From the NCBI GenBank assembly GCA_010909165.1, contig VJWM01000119.1, positions 744,001 through 808,000 of the forward strand: a stretch of DNA of 64,000 nt, in the 5' to 3' direction. The notes beneath the pieces were generated by a model. The model worked only from the letters and a program-made list of their open reading frames with translations, did not search any database and was not told the DNA's origin. This DNA comes from Anthoceros angustus. Taxonomy: Eukaryota; Plantae; Anthocerotophyta. This document shows, one piece after another, positions 11,600-21,211 of this stretch (positions are counted from its first letter, which is position 1; every line of letters starts with the position of its first letter). Made by a program: the position numbers and the translations under genes.

Positions 11600-12395
11600 C
11601 TGAAGTTGATGGAGGAGAGAGTTCCATGTGACTTTCGACAAAAACCTCTGCAAAAGCACATGACTTCGGGGGGAAAACCATAGCCTCCTGTAGCCTTCCT
11701 CCGCATCCACACATGCGGAAGAGATGGTTCCCCAGGTATGCATTCGACTCGTGCCTCCTTTACCCTTCCTCCACATCCACACATGCGCAAGAGATGGTTC
11801 CCCGTGTATGCATTCGACTCGTAACCACGTTTGACACATGTATGAACTGGTCGCCCCACAAACAGATCCTTCTTAGCTGCACATATGTTTTAGCGCATGT
11901 AAAACAGAAGCTGCGAAATAGGACAGTCTGTATGGAAGGAGAGGCACAGCGACCCATTTGCATATCCCAAGACCAACCTTCCAGAGGCACCGTGGCCTAT
12001 CTGCATATCTCACGAAACCAGCCTTCCAGAGGAACCGTGACCTATTTGCATATCCCAAGAAACCAGCCTTCGGGAGGCACCGTGACCTATTTGCATATCC
12101 TAAGAAACCACCCGTCCAGAGGCACCGTGACCTCTTTGCATATCCCAAGAAATGAGCCTTCCACCTATTTGCATATCCTAAGAAACCACCCGTCCAGAGG
12201 CACCGTGACCTATTTGCATATCCCAAAAAATGAGCCTTCCAGAGGCACCGTGACCTATTTGCATATCCCAGGAACCCAGCTGCTCATCAATCCGAAGGTT
12301 CGACCTGGCAGGAGAAGCACTGCAACCCACCTGCATATCCAAACCAGATACTCATCAACCCAAGCTGGTTTGCAGAGCAAGATCTCACCTACTTG
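11600..12395 (-). pseudogene. 5' relic of a cluster-type PPR gene with internal repeat expansions
   Basis: GYESNAYTGNHLLRMCGCGGR appears twice, with CAKTYVQLRRICL/AAKKDL-like sequence and the PAWVDE/DMQIGHGAS linker sequence. Confidence 0.75.
11940..12290. repeat. ~8-copy 45-bp minisatellite derived from the PPR linker
   Basis: Unit ccttccagaggcaccgtgacctatttgcatatcccaagaaacca starts recur at ~11998, 12043, 12088, 12133, 12166 (short), 12211 and 12256. Confidence 0.9.
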
Positions 12396-12404
12396 ACGCA
12401 AGCA

Positions 12405-13466
12405 CTACCTCCACCTCGTAGAGCACTCATAAGGTGACTCCATCACCTGTCCTGCCTCATCCACATACATATAACCAATGTTACCAAAATATAACAGGGC
12501 AGCTATAATTGCTCGCTCTGCCGGTGCAGGGAACTGCTTAGCATGTATTTGGACAATGGTGTTGAATTCATCCATCTGTTTGGAAACAGAAAAGTATATT
12601 CGCGAGTAATAATTCTCCCATTCTACGTCCTTAATATTGTATTTTTTTCCAATATACTCCTTGATCCGACGAAACTCAGGAGTCCTACCGATGGCATTGA
12701 GGATCCTCTGTTTTCCTACAATCCCATTCTGATCATTTTTTTGTTGGTCATCTTTCTGTTGCAACCAGTCAGGATTTTCTCTGGCAAATACCTCACAGAT
12801 GTACTCAATTGCTCCTCGAAGATTGCACATTCCCCTCAACCGCAAGACTTCATTGTTTACCTGTTTCAATTTTTTGTTAATTGATATCAAATAAATCTGC
12901 AATTCCAAATTCTCAACCATGTACCTCTTGGTAGATTTGACCTCTTCCACGAAAGCCTTGCGATATTTGTCCGCTCGTCGAACTAGTTCCTCAGCGTGTT
13001 TATCCGCTACCCTTAACCTGTCTTCGAGTAACTGTAACCTATTTGGAAAGGACTCGTGATATTTCTCCGCTTGTAGACCTGATTCCTCAGCTACCATTAC
13101 CCTATCTTCAAGTAACTGTAACCTGTCCATTAACCTATCTTCAAGTAACTGTAATCTATCTGTAAGTAACTGAATGACATGGTCAGATTCGAAAGAAGCT
13201 CGTCCTAACACAGATTTCAACCTTAGTGGCCATTGCACTGCACGGACCTGGTGCTCCGCACCCAACAGGGACTTCCAACCTTTGGCCATTCCCCGGGAGA
13301 GCTGCTGGCTCTGCCCTAACAAATGCTCCGCCCCCGACGAGGGCTTCCAACGTTTGGCCATTCGCCGAGGGAGCTGTTGGCCCTGCGCCAACAAAGGTCT
13401 CCAAACCCTGGCCAGTGCTCTGGCTTGCTGCTCCGACCCGCACAACGAGCTCCAGACTCCGGCCAT
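12405..13466 (-). CDS. Uncharacterised coiled-coil protein (353 aa) with a presequence-like N-terminus and an N-x-RGA(I/L)E C-terminal domain
   Basis: Intact ORF. R/S/L/A-rich N-terminus with ~24-aa repeats, (D/N)RLQLLE heptads x3, and LRLRGMCNLRGAIEYI...IYFSVSK...ERAIIAALL. Confidence 0.7.
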   Translation of the reverse strand: MAGVWSSLCGSEQQARALARVWRPLLAQGQQLPRRMAKRWKPSSGAEHLLGQSQQLSRGMAKGWKSLLGAEHQVRAVQWPLRLKSVLGRASFESDHVIQLLTDRLQLLEDRLMDRLQLLEDRVMVAEESGLQAEKYHESFPNRLQLLEDRLRVADKHAEELVRRADKYRKAFVEEVKSTKRYMVENLELQIYLISINKKLKQVNNEVLRLRGMCNLRGAIEYICEVFARENPDWLQQKDDQQKNDQNGIVGKQRILNAIGRTPEFRRIKEYIGKKYNIKDVEWENYYSRIYFSVSKQMDEFNTIVQIHAKQFPAPAERAIIAALLYFGNIGYMYVDEAGQVMESPYECSTRWR

Positions 13467-14319
13467 GGCTCCGGCTCCGGCTCTGCCTGATGCACGGACA
13501 CAAGAAAGAAGTACATATGGCCACGTACAAGTACAGTCGAACCTGTAACCTGCGCGTTCTTAGCTCGACGCTCTAACTAACAGAGCTAATAGCCCCCAAC
13601 AAAAGTTCCGCCAGAGACACAATAGGTACGACGTACAACTGCATATGACGCCATACCGCTGCAGAACTTGCAGATGCCAAGGACCGGCCTAGGATTGTTT
13701 GCAGATATGGTGTCCGTTTCCTGCGTTGCCACAATCCCACGTCGTCACTGGTGTGTTCACTTGAATCTGTTTGCAGCCCGCAGCATGAGTTGCGGTGAGC
13801 AGATCATTTCTTGCTTGCGTCCATTCTTGCTGTGATATTCCCGGTACTCAGAACAAGGAAGCATGTCTCCTCTCTCCAGCAGGCAGGGCATGCTCAAGGG
13901 CTTGGCAGTGTTCACAACATTCTGCGTTTGTCTCGCTCCGCTGCTCCATCCTTCAGGGATCGTGGTAGCAAGCGACTTCCAGCCTTGCTCCACAGCTTCA
14001 CCCTCGTGGTGACAAGTGACTTCCAGCATCGCCTCACATGTCCGTTTCTTCGGTGTTTGCCCTTGACTGCCCGACCAATACCAAGACGAAAACCCAGTCA
14101 TGAATAGTAGCAAAAGTCGACTTTTCTACACGAATTCCTTCACTTCCTACATTTCCCGAATGAGGCCCTGCAGCTGGAGCACAACTTCCCGAAAGTAGAC
14201 TGTGCAAGCACAGTACCTCGACTTACAGCGCCCACCTTCTTTAGGAACCGACTCCCGATTCGTCGCCCGGCTCCATGCAAATCTTCATCTGCTGAGCACC
14301 CGCTAGCTCATCATCATTC

Positions 14320-17300
14320 TCACAGTCGACCCTTACAACTGCAACAACCAGCAGCAAATCGATGGACACGGTAACCATCTCTTACAACAATGTCTCTCCT
14401 TTCCAATCTGGACATGATCTCCGTGGAAGTGTGGCAGTCACTGCACATTCGTAGATTCTTCGTTACCACCAAAGGTGTGCCATTCGGAGTGTTCAAGAGA
14501 CCAAACGCCAGAGCAAGCTTCTCAGCATGACCGCAAAGCACATCTTCCTTTGCCTTCTCAGACACTTGCTTCAGCACCAATTTGGTGTGCGGCAAATGAC
14601 CCCCTTCTTGCCCCAGACGTGCAGTCATGCTCTCTGCCTTCAGCGCAATCTCATCATCTCTGTTTTCTCCCACCACAAATGTATGTACCTGCTTCTCCAC
14701 CTCAATGCCCGCCACTGCAGGCTTCTTGTTAGCTCCTGCTACCATTCTCTGTGTTTCAATCCTGTCTACATCGGTCCACCTACCCACATCTGCATAAGCA
14801 TTGGCCATGAGCAAATATGCGGATGCACACTGAGGCTCCAGTCTAACGAGACTTTCAAAACACCGAACCGCCCTCTCTATATCCCCGTGACCCTTGCAGG
14901 CGTTGAGCAAAGATGTCAACCCCACGACATTGCTTTGAGTTCCACATGATACTAGCATGTTCTCTGCCTCATCTAGATGGCCTGCACGCCCAAGAAGATC
15001 AATCATGCAATTGTAATGCTCAACAGTAGGGTTGATGCCATAATGTTCAACCATGGAATCAAAGTACTTGCGACCCTCTTTCACCAGTCCCTCCTGACTG
15101 CATGCTACTAACAGGCAAGTAAGAGTAGAATCATCAGGTTGAACACCGGTGATTAACATCTCCTCAAAACAAGCTAGTGCGTTGTAACCTTCGCCACAAG
15201 TACCACACCCAGCTATCAGGGCATTCCATGTCACCACATTTTTCTGGGCCAAGCTGTCAAAAACCTGGCGTGCAGCTTCTAACTCTCCACACTTTACATA
15301 CATGTCCACCAGGCAAGTGCCAACAACTACGTTATCCAGCTGTCCTCTTTCCACAATCTGTGAATGAAGCTGCCTGCCCGTCTGTAATGTACCAGCACTG
15401 GCACAGGCCTTCAGAAGGCAAGCAAAAGTAACCTCGTCAGCAACAGTCAGGCCCTCCTGCTCCATTTGTCCATACAGAACAAGCGCCTCTTGGCGGGCCC
15501 ATGATTGCATACCCAGCTATCAGGGCTGTCCATGTCACCACATTTTTCATTGCCAAGCTGTCAAAAACCTGGCGTGCATCTTCCAGTTCGCCACATTTTG
15601 CATACATGTCCACCAGGCAGTTGCCCACCAGTATGTTATCTAGCTGTCCTCTTTCAACAATCTGTGAGTGCAGCTGCCTGCCCGTCTGTAAGGCACCAGC
15701 ACTGGCACAGGCCTTCAGAAGGCAAGCAAAAGTAACATGGTTAGCCACTAGCAGGCCTTCCAGCTCCATCTGTCCATACAGAACAAGCGCCTCTTGGCCA
15801 AGCCCATGATTTGCATACCCAGCTATCAGGGCTGTCCATGTCACCACATCCTTTGCAGCCAAGCTGTCAAAAACCCTGCGTGCTTCTTCCAGTTCGCCAC
15901 ATTTTGCATACATGTCCACCAGGCAGTGCCCACCAGTATGTTATCTAGCTGTCCCCGTTCCACAATTTGTGAGTGCAGCTGCCTGCCCTTCTGTAAGGCA
16001 CCAGCGCTTGCACAGGCCTTCAGAAGGCAAGCAAAAGTCACATGGTCAGCCACAATCAGGCCCTTCTGCTCCATTTGTCCATACAGAACAAGTGCCTCTT
16101 TGCAGAGCCCATGATTTACATACCCAGCGATCAGGGTCGTCCATGTCACCACATCCTTTGTCGTCAAGCTGTCAAAAACCTGGCGTGCATCTTCCAGTTC
16201 ACCACATTTTGCATACATGTCCACCAGGCAATTGCCTGCCCTGCTGCAAGGCACCAGCGCTTGCACAGGCCTTCAGAAGGCAAGCAAAAGTCACATGGTC
16301 AGCCACAACCAGGCCCTCTTGCTCCATCTGTCCATACAGAACAAGCGCCTCTTGGCCCAGCCCATGATTCACATACCCAGCTATCAGGGCCGTCCATGTC
16401 ACCACATCCTTTGAGGCCAAGCTGTCAAAAACCCTGCGTGCATCTTCCAATTCGCCACATTTTGCATACATGTCCACTAGACCGTTGCCAACAAATAAGT
16501 CAGGAGGAATGCCACTATGCAACACATCACAATGCACTTTCTTGCCAGATACCAAGTCCGCAGCAAATGCACAAGCTTGAAGGGCTGCTACGAAGACCTG
16601 TGCATTCGCCTTCACACCTGAGGTTTGCATCTCATGGTACAGTTGAATGGCCTCCTTAGGTTTCCCATGTTTAGCATGAGCGGAGATTATGGAAAACCAA
16701 ATGATGGCATCTGGCTTTCCCACCCTGGTGAACACATCCATGGCCTCCTGAAGCCTACCTACGCATGCATCTTCCAGTTCACATTTTGCATACATGTCCA
16801 CCAGGCAAGTGCCAACAACTACGTTATCCAGCTGTCCTCTTTCCACAATCTGTGAATGAAGCTGCCTGCCCGTCTGTAATGTACCAGCACTGGCACAGGC
16901 CTTCAGAAGGCAAGCAAAAGTAACCTCGTCAGCAACAGTCAGGCCCTCCTGCTCCATCCGTCCATACAGAACAAGCGCCTCTTGGGCGGGCCCATGATTT
17001 GCATATCCAGCTATGAGGGCTGTCCATGTCACCACATTTTTCATTGCCAAGCTGTCAAAAACCTGGCGTGCATCTTCCAGTTCGCCACATTTAGCATACA
17101 TGTCCACCAAGCAGTTGCCCACAAGTATGTTATCTAGCTGTCCTCTTTCAACAATCTGTGAGTGCAGCTGCTTACCCTGCTGTAAGGCACCAACGCTTGC
17201 ACAGGCCTTCAGCAGGCAAGCAAAAGTGACATGGTTAGCCACTAGCAGGCCTTCCAGCTCCATCTGTCCGTACAGAACAAGCGCCTCTTGGCCAAGCCCA

Positions 17301-19312
17301 TGATTTGCATACCCACCTATAAGGGCTGTCCATGTCACAACATCCTTTGCAGCCAAGCTGTTAAAAGCTCTCCGTGCTTCTTCTAGTTCGCCACATTTAG
17401 CATACATGTCCACGAGGCACGTGCCCACCAGTGTGTTATCTAGCTGTCCTCGTTCTGCAATCTGTGAGTGCAGCTGCCTGCCCTTCTGTAAGGCACCAGT
17501 GCTTGCACAGGCCCTTAGAAGGCAAGCAAAAGTGACATGGTTACCCACGATCAGGCCCTTTTGCTCCATTTGTTCATGCAGCACAAGTGCCTCTTTGCAG
17601 AGCCCATGATTTACATACCCAGCGATCAGGGTCGTCCACGTCACCACATCCTTTGTCGTCAAGCTGTCAAAAACTTTGCATGCATCTTCCAGTTCACCAC
17701 ATTTTGCATACATGTCCACAAGGCAATTGCCCACCAGTACTTTATCTAGCTGTCCTCTTTCCACAATCTGTGAGTGCAGCTGCCTGCCCTTCTGTAAGGC
17801 ACCAGCGCTTGCACAGGCCTTCAGAAGGCAAGCAAAAGTAACATGGTCAGCCACAACCAGGCCCTCCTGCTCCATTTGTTCATACAGAACAAGAGCCTCT
17901 TGGCCAAGCCCATGATTTGCATACCCAGCTATCAGGGCCGTCCATGTCACCACATCCTTTGTGGCCAAGCTGTCAAAAACCCTGCGTGCATCTTCCAGTT
18001 CACCACATTTTGCATACATGTCCACAAGGCAATTACCCACCAGTACTTTATCTAGATGTCCTCCTTCAACAATCTGTGAGTGCAATTGCCTGCCCTGCTG
18101 CAAGGCACCAGCGCTTGCACAGGCCTTCAGAAGGCAAGCAAAAGTCACATGGTCAGCCACAACCAGGCCCTCTTGCTCCATCTGTCCATACAGAACAAGC
18201 GCCTCTTGGCCCAGCCCATGATTCACATACCCAGCTATCAGGGCCGTCCATGTCACCACATCCTTTGAGGCCAAGCTGTCAAAAACCCTGCGTGCATCTT
18301 CCAGTTCACCACATTTTGCATACATGTCCACCAGGCAGTTGCCAACAAATAAGTCAGGAGGAATGCCACTATGCAACACATCACAATGCACTTTCTTGCC
18401 AGATTCCAAGTCCGCAGCAAATGCACAAGCTTGAAGGGCTGCTACGAAGACCTGTGCATTCGCCTTCACACCTGAGGTTTGCATCTCATGGTACAGTTGA
18501 ATGGCCTCCTTAGGTTTCCCATGTTTAGCATGAGCGGAGATTATGGAAAACCAAATGATGGCATCTGGCTTTCCCACCCTGGTGAACACATCCATGGCCT
18601 CCTGAAGCCTACCTACGCATGCATACAAGCGCAAGATATGGTTCCCCAAATATGCATTGGACTCGTACCCAAGTTTCACAGCGAGATCATGTACTCGTCG
18701 CCCCACAACCAGATCCTTCTTAGCTACACACAATTTCAGCACAGTATGCAACAGAGATTGGGATACAGGAGAATTTGCCGCCAGATATTCTAGGGCTTCG
18801 ACGGCCTCAGTTAGCTTCCCCTGCTGACACAACAAGCTCACGGGTACACCAGTTCCGACGTTCATTTCGGCTCCTGCACGCCTGCCAGGCTCAGGCTTGT
18901 CCGGAGAGGCACCGTGACCCTTCTGCATATCCAAAGAATCCAGCTGCTCATCCACCCAAGCTGGCTTGACCAAGTTGTTTAACCAGAGGACCTCTCCGGA
19001 CCCCTTGCGCCTGAAGTCGGGCGATCGGGAGCTCTTCTTATCCCGCCTGTTATCCCACCACATATCAGGGTCTAGAAACAATTGTCGCCACAAGAGCTCC
19101 TGCTGCTGGCGACCACCATCGCTGGAAACAGCTTCCCCAGCAATCCATTTCCTCGGGAGTGCTGGGTTCCCTACACTACTGCACCTGCCGTCTTGGTTGT
19201 CTGCCACCGGTTGACTCCCTAACGTGACCTGAGCGGGAGCTGCTGGTAGCATCCCTTTACACCCACCAATTTGATGAATCCATACGGGATCCGGTTGCCA
19301 CACTGTGGCCAT
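14320..19312 (-). CDS. PLS-PPR-E1-E2-DYW:KP protein (copy C, C-terminus GRL), interrupted by a ~1.49 kb internal duplication
   Basis: ORF 19312-16199 plus C-terminal ORF 15510-14320. Removing 1492 nt (15299-16790) restores a single 1166-aa frame with 5 homogenised PLS triplets, KPAVA, HAEKLA, CSDCH and SCKGRL. Confidence 0.88.
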
Positions 19313-21211
19313 CTTACATCCACCACTCCGGAAGATGAGCCGCGCAACAATTTACGACAAAGCTACCATCATGAATCACCGCAATCCACCTTCATGAATC
19401 ATCGCAATCCACCTTTATGAATCATCACAATCCGTGTGTCTCTGATCTTCAGGCCAACTTCACCACCTTCCTCCCCACTTTCTGCGTTGGAGTTTCGAAA
19501 CTTCAAAAAATGTTTTGCACGACTGTTGCCAAGGCCATTGAGTGCTGCTGTGAACGTAACTGGGATTAGAATCAGACAGTGCTTTGAAAGTTGACGCTAC
19601 CGGCCGAAGGGTTTAGGGTCTAGGAATCTAAGCCCCGAACTTCGAAGTAGGAGGAAAATGCAGACAGTTTTGTTCTTTGTGCTTCTTGTATTTGATGGCA
19701 CAGTTGAGTGGGAGTTGCAGGTGGCACTCCCCATCAGGGCGGGTAGGGAGCACGGAATTATGGCACAACGCATCAAGGCATATTTGTGTCCCTTCATCAC
19801 GCTGAACGACGTACCTGTATGATAGTAACACTGGAAATGGCGAACCTCGAAATGGGCTGGTCAGGCTGGGTTTGAGATCCTGGTTCGTGTTGCTAGGATG
19901 GTCTTTGGTTGTTGTGAGTCTCAATTTCGCAGAGCGGTGCCTGTAAGATGGCGACAGTCTGGCCACCGGATTCATTGTGGACCCAGCAAATTGGTGGTGG
20001 ATGCGTGGGATTTCAGAAGGAGTCTCGCCCACCCCACCTCTGACAAGCAAGCCTCCAGGTGCAGCAGTGTAAGGAACGTAGCGCTTCCCAGAAAATGGAG
20101 GGCTGTGGGACCACTGGACCCTGTCATGTGGTGGGATAACAGACGAGGTGAGAAGAGCTCCTGCTGCTGGCGACCACCATCGCTGGAAACAGCTTCCCCA
20201 GCAATCCATTTCCTCGGGAGTGCTGGGTTCCTACACTACTGCACCTGCCGTCTTGGTTGTCTGCCACCGGTTGACTCCTAACGTGACCTGAGCGGAGCTG
20301 CTGGTAGCATCCCTTTACACCCACCAATTTGATGAATCCATACGGGATCCGGTTGCCACACTGTGGCCATCTTACATCCACCACTCCGGAAGATGAGCCG
20401 CGCAACAATTTACGACAAAGCTACCATCATGAATCACCGCAATCCACCTTCATGAATCATCGCAATCCACCTTTATGAATCATCACAATCCGTGTGTCTC
20501 TGATCTTCAGGCCAACTTCACCACCTTCCTCCCCACTTTCTGCGTTGGAGTTTCGAAACTTCAAAAATGTTTTGCACGACTGTTGCCAAGGCCATTGAGT
20601 GCTGTGAACGTAACTGGGATTAGAATCAGACAGTGCTTTGAAAGTTGACGCTACCGGCCGAAGGGTTTAGGGTCTAGGAATCTAAGCCCCGAACTTCGAA
20701 GTAGGAGGAAAATGCAGACAGTTTTGTTCTTTGTGCTTCTTGTATTTGATGGCACAGTTGAGTGGGAGTTGCAGGTGGCACTCCCCATCAGGGCGGGTAG
20801 GGAGCACGGAATTATGGCACAACGCATCAAGGCATATTTGTGTCCCTTCATCACGCTGAACGACGTACCTGTATGATAGTAACACTGGAAATGGCGAACC
20901 TCGAAATGGGCTGGTCAGGCTGGGTTTGAGATCCTGGTTCGTGTTGCTAGGATGGTCTTTGGTTGTTGTGAGTCTCAATTTCGCAGAGCGGTGCCTGTAA
21001 GATGGCGACAGTCTGGCCACCGGATTCATTGTGGACCCAGCAAATTGGTGGATGCGTGGGGATTTCAGAAGGAGCTCTCGCCCACCCCACCTCTGACAAG
21101 CAAGCCTCCAGGTGCAGCAGTGTAAGGAACGTAGCGCTTCCCAGAAAATGGAGGGCTGTGGGACCACTGGACCCTGTCATGCGGTGGGATAACAGACGAG
21201 GTGAGAAGAGC
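19092..21211. repeat. ~1.06 kb tandem duplication spanning the divergent 5' ends of PPR copies C and D
   Basis: 19092-20159 is repeated as 20153-21211. The junction is on shared aagagct, and the copies differ mainly by homopolymer indels. Confidence 0.92.
19313..19947. promoter_or_regulatory. Putative bidirectional promoter (635 bp) between head-to-head PPR genes
   Basis: Lies between ATG 19312 (-) and the first-copy ATG 19948 (+). Contains a triplicated (tc)atgaatca(c/t)c(g/a)caatcc unit at ~19367-19433. Confidence 0.5.

Noticed and set aside
11940-12290. CRISPR-like appearance of the tandem arrays (also 41.3, 51.1 and 61.7 kb)
   Set aside because: Head-to-tail repeats without unique spacers, no cas genes, eukaryotic context.
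16199-16790. PPR with a genuinely duplicated N-terminal block (1037-aa ORF)
   Set aside because: Arises from the microhomology-joined duplication, which is probably an assembly error.
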